Assembly (NCBI GenBank): GCA_964057225.1
Contig: OZ059898.1
Coordinates: forward strand, 19,530,001-19,594,000
Length of the DNA stretch: 64,000 bases
Direction: 5' to 3'
DNA from: Auanema rhodensis
Lineage: Eukaryota; Animalia; Nematoda
The stretch's first letter is position 1. Every line of letters starts with the position of its first letter. The notes beneath the pieces are model-generated. The model saw only the letters and a list, made by a program, of their open reading frames with translations. It searched no databases and was not told the origin of the DNA. The position numbers were made by a program, and so were the translations under genes. Positions 39,310-53,700 of this stretch are shown in pieces.

Positions 39310-41766
39310 AAACTCAACATACACTAATGCATTATTTTTCAAACGATCATAACTAATTTTTGTATTAAGCGTTTCTCAATGTAGTATAGTGCATTCGATG
39401 CGGATTTTTAAGCTGCGTCGATCTGTGTTATCAGATTTGCGCTAGCTTAAAAATGCACCGAGATATCAACTGATATAAGTTCACACTTATATCCTCGATT
39501 TTCACCCTGAAGAATTAATTTTTTCGTTGAATAACATTGTCCATCGTCTTTGCCTTAAAAAAAGGAATCTAAAAACATCTACTTTTTGCTAAATTATTTT
39601 GAAATTTTTCGAAAAAATTTTTGTCAAAATGTTTTTGGAAGCAATGTTGAGTGTACATGGAAACTCAACATACACTAATGCATTATTTTTCAAACGATCA
39701 TAACTAATTTTTGTATTAAGCGTTTCTCAATGTAGTATAGTGCATTCGATGCGGATTTTTAAGCTGCGTCGATCTGTGTTATCGGATTTTCGCTAGCTTA
39801 AAAATGCACCGAGATATCAACTGATATAAGTTCACACTTATATCCTCGATTTTCACCCTGAAGAATTAATTTTTTCGTTGAATAACATTGTCCATCGTCT
39901 TTGCCTTGAAAAACGGAATCTGAAAACATCTACTTTTTGCTAAATTATTTTGAAATTTTTCGAAAAACTTTTTGTCAAAATGTTTTTGGAAGCAATGTTG
40001 AGTGTACATGGAAACTCAACATACACTAATGCATCATTTTTCAAACGATCATAACTAATTTTTGTATTAAGCGTTTCTCAATGTAGTATAGTGCATTCGA
40101 TGCGGATTTTTAAGCTGCGTCGATCTGTGTTATCAGATTTGCGCTAGCTTAAAAATGCACCGAGATATCAACTGATATAAGTTCACACTTATATCCTCGA
40201 TTTTCACCCTGAAGAATTAATTTTTTCGTTGAATAACATTGTCCATCGTCTTTGCCTTAAAAAAAGGAATCTAAAAACATCTACTTTTTGCTAAATTATT
40301 TTGAAATTTTTCGAAAAAATTTTTGTCAAAATGTTTTTGGAAGCAATGTTGAGTGTACATGGAAACTCAACATACACTAATGCATTATTTTTCAAACGAT
40401 CATAACTAATTTTTGTATTAAGCGTTTCTCAATGTAGTATAGTGCATTCGATGCGGATTTTTAAGCTGCGTCGATCTGTGTTATCGGATTTTCGCTAGCT
40501 TAAAAATGCACCGAGATATCAACTGATATAAGTTCACACTTATATCCTCGATTTTCACCCTGAAGAATTAATTTTTTCGTTGAATAACATTGTCCATCGT
40601 CTTTGCCTTGAAAAACGGAATCTGAAAACATCTACTTTTTGCTAAATTATTTTGAAATTTTTCGAAAAACTTTTTGTCAAAATGTTTTTGGAAGCAATGT
40701 TGAGTGTACATGGAAACTCAACATACACTAATGCATCATTTTTCAAACGATCATAACTATTTTTTGTATTAAGCGTTTCTCAATGTAGTATAGTGCATTC
40801 GATGCGGATTTTTAAGCTGCGTCGATCTGTGTTATCAGATTTGCGCTAGCTTAAAAATGCACCGAGATATCAACTGATATAAGTTCACACTTATATCCTC
40901 GATTTTCACCCTGAAGAATTAATTTTTTCGTTGAATAACATTGTCCATCGTCTTTGCCTTAAAAAAAGGAATCTAAAAACATCTACTTTTTGCTAAATTA
41001 TTTTGAAATTTTTCGAAAAAATTTTTGTCAAAATGTTTTTGGAAGCAATGTTGAGTGTACATGGAAACTCAACATACACTAATGCATCATTTTTTAAACG
41101 ATCATAACTAATTTTTGTATTAAGCGTTTCTCAATGTAGTATAGTGCATTCGATGCGGATTTTTAAGCTGCGTCGATCTGTGTTATCGGATTTTCGCTAG
41201 CTTAAAAATGCACCGAGATATCAACTGATATAAGTTCACACTTATATCCTCGATTTTCACCCTGAAGAATTAATTTTTTCGTTGAATAACATTGTCCATC
41301 GTCTTTGCCTTGAAAAACGGAATCTGAAAACATCTACTTTTTGCTAAATTATTTTGAAATTTTTCGAAAAACTTTTTGTCAAAATGTTTTTGGAAGCAAT
41401 GTTGAGTGTACATGGAAACTCAACATACACTAATGCATCATTTTTCAAACGATCATAACTATTTTTTGTATTAAGCGTTTCTCAATGTAGTATAGTGCAT
41501 TCGATGCGGATTTTTAAGCTGCGTCGATCTGTGTTATCAGATTTGCGCTAGCTTAAAAATGCACCGAGATATCAACTGATATAAGTTCACACTTATATCC
41601 TCGATTTTCACCCTGAAGAATTAATTTTTTCGTTGAATAACATTGTCCATCGTCTTTGCCTTAAAAAAAGGAATCTAAAAACATCTACTTTTTGCTAAAT
41701 TATTTTGAAATTTTTCGAAAAAATTTTTGTCAAAATGTTTTTGGAAGCAATGTTGAGTGTACATGG
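39310..41766. repeat. Dimeric (702 bp) HOR
   Basis: Monomers with cagatttgc+ccttaaaaaaagg strictly alternate with monomers carrying cggattttc+aacggaatctga+aaaacttttt. The pattern is seen again at 42469-43521. Confidence 0.85.
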
Positions 41767-44700
41767 AAACTCAACATACACTAATGCATCATTTTTTAAA
41801 CGATCATAACTAATTTTTGTATTAAGCGTTTCTCAATGTAGTATAGTGCATTCGATGCGGATTTTTAAGCTGCGTCGATCTGTGTTATCGGATTTTCGCT
41901 AGCTTAAAAATGCACCGAGATATCAACTGATATAAGTTCACACTTATATCCTCGATTTTCACCCTGAAGAATTAATTTTTTCGTTGAATAACATTGTCCA
42001 TCGTTTTTGCCTTGAAAAACGAAATCTGAAAACATCTACTTTTTGCTAAATTATTTTGAAATTTTTCGAAAAAATTTTTGTCAAAATGTTTTTGGAAGCA
42101 ATGTTGAGTGTACATGGAAACTCAACATAAACTAATGCATCATTTTTCAAACGATCATAACTAATTTTTGTATTAAGCGTTTTTCAATGTAGTATAGTGC
42201 ATTCGATGCGGATTTTTAAGCTGCGTCGATCTGTGTTATCAGATTTGCGCTAGCTTAAAAATGCACCGAGATATCAACTGATATAAGTTCACACTTATAT
42301 CCTCGATTTTCACCCTGAAGAATTAATTTTTTCGTTGAATAACATTGTCCATCGTCTTTGCCTTGAAAAAAGGAATCTAAAAACATCTACTTTTTGCTAA
42401 ATTATTTTGAAATTTTTCGAAAAAATTTTTGTCAAAATGTTTTTGGAAGCAATGTTGAGTGTACATGGAAACTCAACATACACTAATGCATCATTTTTTA
42501 AACGATCATAACTAATTTTTGTATTAAGCGTTTCTCAATGTAGTATAGTGCATTCGATGCGGATTTTTAAGCTGCGTCGATCTGTGTTATCAGATTTGCG
42601 CTAGCTTAAAAATGCACCGAGATATCAACTGATATAAGTTCACACTTATATCCTCGATTTTCACCCTGAAGAATTAATTTTTTCGTTGAATAACATTGTC
42701 CATTGTCTTTGCCTTAAAAAAAGGAATCTAAAAACATCTACTTTTTGCTAAATTATTTTGAAATTTTTCGAAAAAATTTTTGTCAAAATGTTTTTGGAAG
42801 CAATGTTGAGTGTACATGGAAACTCAACATACACTAATGCATTATTTTTCAAACGATCATAACTAATTTTTGTATTAAGCGTTTCTCAATGTAGTATAGT
42901 GCATTCGATGCGGATTTTTAAGCTGCGTCGATCTGTGTTATCGGATTTTCGCTAGCTTAAAAATGCACCGAGATATCAACTGATATAAGTTCACACTTAT
43001 ATCCTCGATTTTCACCCTGAAGAATTAATTTTTTCGTTGAATAACATTGTCCATCGTCTTTGCCTTGAAAAACGGAATCTGAAAACATCTACTTTTTGCT
43101 AAATTATTTTGAAATTTTTCGAAAAACTTTTTGTCAAAATGTTTTTGGAAGCAATGTTGAGTGTACATGGAAACTCAACATACACTAATGCATCATTTTT
43201 CAAACGATCATAACTAATTTTTGTATTAAGCGTTTCTCAATGTAGTATAGTGCATTCGATGCGGATTTTTAAGCTGCGTCGATCTGTGTTATCAGATTTG
43301 CGCTAGCTTAAAAATGCACCGAGATATCAACTGATATAAGTTCACACTTATATCCTCGATTTTCACCCTGAAGAATTAATTTTTTCGTTGAATAACATTG
43401 TCCATCGTCTTTGCCTTAAAAAAAGGAATCTAAAAACATCTACTTTTTGCTAAATTATTTTGAAATTTTTCGAAAAAATTTTTGTCAAAATGTTTTTGGA
43501 AGCAATGTTGAGTGTACATGGAAACTCAACATACACTAATGCATCATTTTTTAAACGATCATAACTAATTTTTGTATTAAGCGTTTCTCAATGTAGTATA
43601 GTGCATTCGATGCGGATTTTTAAGCTGCGTCGATCTGTGTTATCGGATTTTCGCTAGCTTAAAAATGCACCGAGATATCAACTGATATAAGTTCACACTT
43701 ATATCCTCGATTTTCACCCTGAAGAATTAATTTTTTCGTTGAATAACATTGTCCATCGTTTTTGCCTTGAAAAACGAAATCTGAAAACATCTACTTTTTG
43801 CTAAATTATTTTGAAATTTTTCGAAAAAATTTTTGTCAAAATGTTTTTGGAAGCAATGTTGAGTGTACATGGAAACTCAACATAAACTAATGCATCATTT
43901 TTCAAACGATCATAACTAATTTTTGTATTAAGCGTTTTTCAATGTAGTATAGTGCATTCGATGCGGATTTTTAAGCTGCGTCGATCTGTGTTATCAGATT
44001 TGCGCTAGCTTAAAAATGCACCGAGATATCAACTGATATAAGTTCACACTTATATCCTCGATTTTCACCCTGAAGAATTAATTTTTTCGTTGAATAACAT
44101 TGTCCATCGTCTTCGCCTTGAAAAAAGGAATCTAAAAACATCTACTTTTTGCTAAATTATTTTGAAATTTTTCGAAAAAATTTTTGTCAAAATGTTTTTG
44201 GAAGCAATGTTGAGTGTACATGGAAACTCAACATACACTAATGCATCATTTTTTAAACGATCATAACTAATTTTTGTATTAAGCGTTTCTCAATGTAGTA
44301 TAGTGCATTCGATGCGGATTTTTAAGCTGCGTCGATCTGTGTTATCGGATTTTCGCTAGCTTAAAAATGCACCGAGATATCAACTGATATAAGTTCACAC
44401 TTATATCCTCGATTTTCACCCTGAAGAATTAATTTTTTCGTTGAATAACATTGTCCATCGTCTTTGCCTTGTAAAAAGGAATCTAAAAACATCTACTTTT
44501 TGCTAAATTATTCTGAAATTTTCCGAAAAAATTTTTGTCAAAATGTTTTTGGAAGCAAGGTTGAGTGTACTTGGAAACTCAACATACACTAATGCATTAT
44601 TTTTCAAACGATCATAACTAATTTTTGTATTAAGCGTTTCTCAATGTAGTATAGTGCATTCGATGCGGATTTTTAAGCTGCGTCGATCTGTGTTATCAGA

Positions 44701-47700
44701 TTTGCGCTAGCTTAAAAATGCACCGAGATATCAACTGATATAAGTTCACACTTATATCCTCGATTTTCACCCTGAAGAATTAATTTTTTCGTTGAATAAC
44801 ATTGTCCATCGTCTTTGCCTTGAAAAAAGGAATCTAAAAACATCTACTTTTTGCTAAATTATTTTGAAATTTTTCGAAAAAATTTTTGTCAAAATGTTTT
44901 TGGAAGCAAGGTTGAGTGTACATGGAAACTCAACATACACTAATGCATTATTTTTCAAACGATCATAACTAATTTTTGTATTAAGCGTTTTTCAATGTAG
45001 TATAGTGCATTCGATGCGGATTTTTAAGCTGCGTCGATCTGTGTTATCAGATTTGCGCTAGCTTAAAAATGCACCGAGATATCAACTGATATAAGTTCAC
45101 ACTTATATCCTCGATTTTCACCCTGAAGAATTAATTTTTTCGTTGAATAACATTGTCCATCGTCTTTGCCTTGAAAAAAGGAATCTAAAAACATCTACTT
45201 TTTGCTAAATTATTTTGAAATTTTTCGAAAAAATTTTTGTCAAAATGTTTTTGGAAGCAAGGTTGAGTGTACATGGAAACTCAACATACACTAATGCATT
45301 ATTTTTCAAACGATCATAACTAATTTTTGTATTAAGCGTTTCTCAATGTAGTATAGTGCATTCGATGCGGATTTTTAAGCTGCGTCGATCTGTGTTATCG
45401 GATTTTCGCTAGCTTAAAAATGCACCGAGATATCAACTGATATAAGTTCACACTTATATCCTCGATTTTCACCCTGAAAAATTAATTTTTTCGTTGAATA
45501 ACATTGTCCATCGTCTTTGCCTTGTAAAAAGGAATCTAAAAACATCTACTTTTTGCTAAATTATTCTGAAATTTTTCGAAAAAATTTTTGTCAAAATGTT
45601 TTTGGAAGCAAGGTTGAGTGTATTTGGAAACTCAACATACACTAATGCATTATTTTTCAAACGATCATAACTAATTTTTGTATTAAGCGTTTCTCAATGT
45701 AGTATAGTGCATTCGATGCGGATTTTTAAGCTGCGTCGATCTGTGTTATCGGATTTTCGCTAGCTTAAAAATGCACCGAGATATCAACTGATATAAGTTC
45801 ACACTTATATCCTCGATTTTCACCCTGAAGAATTAATTTTTTCGTTGAATAACATTGTCCATCGTTTTTGCCTTGAAAAACGAAATCTGAAAACATCTAC
45901 TTTTTGCTAAATTATTTTGAAATTTTTCGAAAAAATTTTTGTCAAAATGTTTTTGGAAGCAATGTTGAGTGTACATGGAAACTCAACATAAACTAATGCA
46001 TCATTTTTCAAACGATCATAACTAATTTTTGTATTAAGCGTTTTTCAATGTAGTATAGTGCATTCGATGCGGATTTTTAAGCTGCGTCGATCTGTGTTAT
46101 CAGATTTGCGCTAGCTTAAAAATGCACCGAGATATCAACTGATATAAGTTCACACTTATATCCTCGATTTTCACCCTGAAGAATTAATTTTTTCGTTGAA
46201 TAACATTGTCCATCGTTTTTGCCTTGAAAAACGAAATCTGAAAACATCTACTTTTTGCTAAATTATTTTGAAATTTTTCGAAAAAATTTTTGTCAAAATG
46301 TTTTTGGAAGCAATGTTGAGTGTACATGGAAACTCAACATAAACTAATGCATCATTTTTCAAACGATCATAACTAATTTTTGTATTAAGCGTTTCTCAAT
46401 GTAGTATAGTGCATTCGATGCGGATTTTTAAGCTGCGTCGATCTGTGTTATCGGATTTTCGCTAGCTTAAAAATGCACCGAGATATCAACTGATATAAGT
46501 TCACACTTATATCCTCGATTTTCACCCTGAAGAATTAATTTTTTCGTTGAATAACATTGTCCATCGTTTTTGCCTTGAAAAACGAAATCTGAAAACATCT
46601 ACTTTTTGCTAAATTATTTTGAAATTTTTCGAAAAAATTTTTGTCAAAATGTTTTTGGAAGCAATGTTGAGTGTACATGGAAACTCAACATAAACTAATG
46701 CATCATTTTTCAAACGATCATAACTAATTTTTGTATTAAGCGTTTTTCAATGTAGTATAGTGCATTCGATGCGGATTTTTAAGCTGCGTCGATCTGTGTT
46801 ATCAGATTTGCGCTAGCTTAAAAATGCACCGAGATATCAACTGATATAAGTTCACACTTATATCCTCGATTTTCACCCTGAAGAATTAATTTTTTCGTTG
46901 AATAACATTGTCCATCGTCTTTGCCTTGAAAAAAGGAATCTAAAAACATCTACTTTTTGCTAAATTATTTTAAAATTTTTCGAAAAAATTTTTGTCAAAA
47001 TGTTTTTGGAAGCAAGGTTGAGTGTACATGGAAACTCAACATACACTAATGCATTATTTTTCAAACGATCATAACTAATTTTTGTATTAAGCGTTTTTCA
47101 ATGTAGTATAGTGCATTCGATGCGGATTTTTAAGCTGCGTCGATCTGTGTTATCAGATTTGCGCTAGCTTAAAAATGCACCGAGATATCAACTGATATAA
47201 GTTCACACTTATATCCTCGATTTTCACCCTGAAGAATTAATTTTTTCGTTGAATAACATTGTCCATCGTTTTTGCCTTGAAAAACGAAATCTGAAAACAT
47301 CTACTTTTTGCTAAATTATTTTGAAATTTTTCGAAAAAATTTTTGTCAAAATGTTTTTGGAAGCAATGTTGAGTGTACATGGAAACTCAACATAAACTAA
47401 TGCATCATTTTTCAAACGATCATAACTAATTTTTGTATTAAGCGTTTCTCAATGTAGTATAGTGCATTCGATGCGGATTTTTAAGCTGCGTCGATCTGTG
47501 TTATCGGATTTTCGCTAGCTTAAAAATGCACCGAGATATCAACTGATATAAGTTCACACTTATATCCTCGATTTTCACCCTGAAGAATTAATTTTTTCGT
47601 TGAATAACATTGTCCATCGTTTTTGCCTTGAAAAACGAAATCTGAAAACATCTACTTTTTGCTAAATTATTTTGAAATTTTTCGAAAAAATTTTTGTCAA

Positions 47701-50700
47701 AATGTTTTTGGAAGCAATGTTGAGTGTACATGGAAACTCAACATAAACTAATGCATCATTTTTCAAACGATCATAACTAATTTTTGTATTAAGCGTTTTT
47801 CAATGTAGTATAGTGCATTCGATGCGGATTTTTAAGCTGCGTCGATCTGTGTTATCAGATTTGCGCTAGCTTAAAAATGCACCGAGATATCAACTGATAT
47901 AAGTTCACACTTATATCCTCGATTTTCACCCTGAAGAATTAATTTTTTCGTTGAATAACATTGTCCATCGTCTTTGCCTTGAAAAAAGGAATCTAAAAAC
48001 ATCTACTTTTTGCTAAATTATTTTAAAATTTTTCGAAAAAATTTTTGTCAAAATGTTTTTGGAAGCAAGGTTGAGTGTACATGGAAACTCAACATACACT
48101 AATGCATTATTTTTCAAACGATCATAACTAATTTTTGTATTAAGCGTTTTTCAATGTAGTATAGTGCATTCGATGCGGATTTTTAAGCTGCGTCGATCTG
48201 TGTTATCAGATTTGCGCTAGCTTAAAAATGCACCGAGATATCAACTGATATAAGTTCACACTTATATCCTCGATTTTCACCCTGAAGAATTAATTTTTTC
48301 GTTGAATAACATTGTCCATCGTCTTTGCCTTGAAAAAAGGAATCTAAAAACATCTACTTTTTGCTAAATTATTTTGAAATTTTTCGAAAAAATTTTTGTC
48401 AAAATGTTTTTGGAAGCAAGGTTGAGTGTACATGGAAACTCAACATACACTAATGCATTATTTTTCAAACGATCATAACTAATTTTTGTATTAAGCGTTT
48501 CTCAATGTAGTATAGTGCATTCGATGCGGATTTTTAAGCTGCGTCGATCTGTGTTATCAGATTTGCGCTAGCTTAAAAATGCACCGAGATATCAACTGAT
48601 ATAAGTTCACACTTATATCCTCGATTTTCACCCTGAAGAATTAATTTTTTCGTTGAATAACATTGTCCATCGTTTTTGCCTTGAAAAACGAAATCTGAAA
48701 ACATCTACTTTTTGCTAAATTATTTTGAAATTTTTCGAAAAAATTTTTGTCAAAATGTTTTTGGAAGCAAGGTTGAGTGTACATGGAAACTCAACATACA
48801 CTAATGCATTATTTTTCAAACGATCATAACTAATTTTTGTATTAAGCGTTTTTCAATGTAGTATAGTGCATTCGATGCGGATTTTTAAGCTGCGTCGATC
48901 TGTGTTATCAGATTTGCGCTAGCTTAAAAATGCACCGAGATATCAACTGATATAAGTTCACACTTATATCCTCGATTTTCACCCTGAAGAATTAATTTTT
49001 TCGTTGAATAACATTGTCCATCGTCTTTGCCTTGAAAAAAGGAATCTAAAAACATCTACTTTTTGCTAAATTATTCTGAAATTTTTCGAAAAAATTTTTG
49101 TCAAAATGTTTTTGGAAGCAAGGTTGAGTGTATTTGGAAACTCAACATACACTAATGCATTATTTTTCAAACGATCATAACTAATTTTTGTATTAAGCGT
49201 TTCTCAATGTAGTATAGTGCATTCGATGCGGATTTTTAAGCTGCGTCGATCTGTGTTATCGGATTTTCGCTAGCTTAAAAATGCACCGAGATATCAACTG
49301 ATATAAGTTCACACTTATATCCTCGATTTTCACCCTGAAGAATTAATTTTTTCGTTGAATAACATTGTCCATCGTTTTTGCCTTGAAAAACGGAATCTGA
49401 AAACATCTACTTTTTGCTAAATTATTTTGAAATTTTTCGAAAAAATTTTTGTCAAAATGTTTTTGGAAGCAATGTTGAGTGTACATGGAAACTCAACATA
49501 AACTAATGCATCATTTTTCAAACGATCATAACTAATTTTTGTATTAAGCGTTTTTCAATGTAGTATAGTGCATTCGATGCGGATTTTTAAGCTGCGTCGA
49601 TCTGTGTTATCAGATTTGCGCTAGCTTAAAAATGCACCGAGATATCAACTGATATAAGTTCACACTTATATCCTCGATTTTCACCCTGAAGAATTAATTT
49701 TTTCGTTGAATAACATTGTCCATCGTCTTTGCCTTGAAAAAAGGAATCTAAAAACATCTACTTTTTGCTAAATTATTTTAAAATTTTTCGAAAAAATTTT
49801 TGTCAAAATGTTTTTGGAAGCAAGGTTGAGTGTACATGGAAACTCAACATACACTAATGCATTATTTTTCAAACGATCATAACTAATTTTTGTATTAAGC
49901 GTTTTTCAATGTAGTATAGTGCATTCGATGCGGATTTTTAAGCTGCGTCGATCTGTGTTATCAGATTTGCGCTAGCTTAAAAATGCACCGAGATATCAAC
50001 TGATATAAGTTCACACTTATATCCTCGATTTTCACCCTGAAGAATTAATTTTTTCGTTGAATAACATTGTCCATCGTCTTTGCCTTGAAAAAAGGAATCT
50101 AAAAACATCTACTTTTTGCTAAATTATTTTGAAATTTTTCGAAAAAATTTTTGTCAAAATGTTTTTGGAAGCAAGGTTGAGTGTACATGGAAACTCAACA
50201 TACACTAATGCATTATTTTTCAAACGATCATAACTAATTTTTGTATTAAGCGTTTCTCAATGTAGTATAGTGCATTCGATGCGGATTTTTAAGCTGCGTC
50301 GATCTGTGTTATCAGATTTGCGCTAGCTTAAAAATGCACCGAGATATCAACTGATATAAGTTCACACTTATATCCTCGATTTTCACCCTGAAGAATTAAT
50401 TTTTTCGTTGAATAACATTGTCCATCGTTTTTGCCTTGAAAAACGAAATCTGAAAACATCTACTTTTTGCTAAATTATTTTGAAATTTTTCGAAAAAATT
50501 TTTGTCAAAATGTTTTTGGAAGCAAGGTTGAGTGTACATGGAAACTCAACATACACTAATGCATTATTTTTCAAACGATCATAACTAATTTTTGTATTAA
50601 GCGTTTCTCAATGTAGTATAGTGCATTCGATGCGGATTTTTAAGCTGCGTCGATCTGTGTTATCGGATTTTTGCTAGCTTAAAAATGCACCGAGATATCA

Positions 50701-53700
50701 ACTGATATAAGTTCACACTTATATCCTCGATTTTCACCCTGAAAAATTAATTTTTTCGTTGAATAACATTGTCCATCGTCTTTGCCTTGTAAAAAGGAAT
50801 CTAAAAACATCTACTTTTTGCTAAATTATTCTGAAATTTTTCGAAAAAATTTTTGTCAAAATGTTTTTGGAAGCAAGGTTGAGTGTATTTGGAAACTCAA
50901 CATACACTAATGCATTATTTTTCAAACGATCATAACTAATTTTTGTATTAAGCGTTTCTCAATGTAGTATAGTGCATTCGATGCGGATTTTTAAGCTGCG
51001 TCGATCTGTGTTATCGGATTTTCGCTAGCTTAAAAATGCACCGAGATATCAACTGATATAAGTTCACACTTATATCCTCGATTTTCACCCTGAAGAATTA
51101 ATTTTTTCGTTGAATAACATTGTCCATCGTTTTTGCCTTGAAAAACGAAATCTGAAAACATCTACTTTTTGCTAAATTATTTTGAAATTTTTCGAAAAAA
51201 TTTTTGTCAAAATGTTTTTGGAAGCAATGTTGAGTGTACATGGAAACTCAACATAAACTAATGCATCATTTTTCAAACGATCATAACTAATTTTCGTATC
51301 AAGCGTTTCTCAATGTAGTATAGTGCATTCGATGCGGATTTTTAAGCTGCGTCGATCTGTGTTATCAGATTTGCGCTAGCTTAAAAATGCACCGAGATAT
51401 CAACTGATATAAGTTCACACTTATATCCTCGATTTTCACCCTGAAGAATTAATTTTTTCGTTGAATAACATTGTCCATCGTCTTTGCCTCGAAAAAAGGA
51501 ATCTAAAAACATCTACTTTTTGCTAAATTATTTTAAAATTTTTCGAAAAAATTTTTGTCAAAATGTTTTTGGAAGCAAGGTTGAGTGTACATGGAAACTC
51601 AACATACACTAATGCATTATTTTTCAAACGATCATAACTAATTTTTGTATTAAGCGTTTTTCAATGTAGTATAGTGCATTCGATGCGGATTTTTAAGCTG
51701 CGTCGATCTGTGTTATCAGATTTGCGCTAGCTTAAAAATGCACCGAGATATCAACTGATATAAGTTCACACTTATATCCTCGATTTTCACCCTGAAGAAT
51801 TAATTTTTTCGTTGAATAACATTGTCCATCGTCTTTGCCTTGAAAAAAGGAATCTAAAAACATCTACTTTTTGCTAAATTATTTTGAAATTTTTCGAAAA
51901 AATTTTTGTCAAAATGTTTTTGGAAGCAAGGTTGAGTGTACATGGAAACTCAACATACACTAATGCATTATTTTTCAAACGATCATAACTAATTTTTGTA
52001 TTAAGCGTTTCTCAATGTAGTATAGTGCATTCGATGCGGATATTTAAGCTGCGTCGATCTGTGTTATCGGATTTTCGCTAGCTTAAAAATGCACCGAGAT
52101 ATCAACTGATATAAGTTCACACTTATATCCTCGATTTTCACCCTGAAGAATTAATTTTTTCGTTGAATAACATTGTCCATCGTTTTTGCCTTGAAAAACG
52201 AAATCTGAAAACATCTACTTTTTGCTAAATTATTTTGAAATTTTTCGAAAAAATTTTTGTCAAAATGTTTTTGGAAGCAATGTTGAGTGTACATGGAAAC
52301 TCAACATAAACTAATGCATCATTTTTCAAACGATCATAACTAATTTTTGTATTAAGCGTTTTTCAATGTAGTATAGTGCATTCGATGCGGATTTTTAAGC
52401 TGCGTCGATCTGTGTTATCAGATTTGCGCTAGCTTAAAAATGCACCGAGATATCAACTGATATAAGTTCACACTTATATCCTCGATTTTCACCCTGAAGA
52501 ATTAATTTTTTCGTTGAATAACATTGTCCATCGTCTTTGCCTTGAAAAAAGGAATCTAAAAACATCTACTTTTTGCTAAATTATTTTGAAATTTTTCGAA
52601 AAAATTTTTGTCAAAATGTTTTTGGAAGCAAGGTTGAGTGTACATGGAAACTCAACATACACTAATGCATTATTTTTCAAACGATCATAACTAATTTTTG
52701 TATTAAGCGTTTCTCAATGTAGTATAGTGCATTCGATGCGGATTTTTAAGCTGCGTCGATCTGTGTTATCGGATTTTCGCTAGCTTAAAAATGCACCGAG
52801 ATATCAACTGATATAAGTTCACACTTATATTCTCGATTTTCACCCTGAAGAATTAATTTTTTCGTTGAATAACATTGTCCATCGTCTTTGCCTTGTAAAA
52901 AGGAATCTAAAAACATCTACTTTTTGCTAAATTATTCTGAAATTTTTCGAAAAAATTTTTGTCAAAATGTTTTTGGAAGCAAGGTTGAGTGTACTTGGAA
53001 ACTCAACATACACTAATGCATTATTTTTCAAACGATCATAACTAATTTTTGTATTAAGCGTTTTTCAATGTAGTATAGTGCATTCGATGCGGATTTTTAA
53101 GCTGCGTCGATCTGTGTTATCAGATTTGCGCTAGCTTAAAAATGCACCGAGATATCAACTGATATAAGTTCACACTTATATCCTCGATTTTCACCCTGAA
53201 GAATTAATTTTTTCGTTGAATAACATTGTCCATCGTCTTTGCCTTGAAAAAAGAAATCTAAAAACATCTACTTTTTGCTAAATTATTTTGAAATTTTTCG
53301 AAAAAATTTTTGTCAAAATGTTTTTGGAAGCAAGGTTGAGTGTACATGGAAACTCAACATACACTAATGCATTATTTTTCAAACGATCATAACTAATTTT
53401 TGTATTAAGCGTTTCTCAATGTAGTATAGTGCATTCGATGCGGATTTTTAAGCTGCGTCGATCTGTGTTATCGGATTTTCGCTAGCTTAAAAATGCACCG
53501 AGATATCAACTGATATAAGTTCACACTTATATTCTCGATTTTCACCCTGAAGAATTAATTTTTTCGTTGAATAACATTGTCCATCGTCTTTGCCTTGTAA
53601 AAAGGAATCTAAAAACATCTACTTTTTGCTAAATTATTCTGAAATTTTTCGAAAAAATTTTTGTCAAAATGTTTTTGGAAGCAAGGTTGAGTGTACTTGG

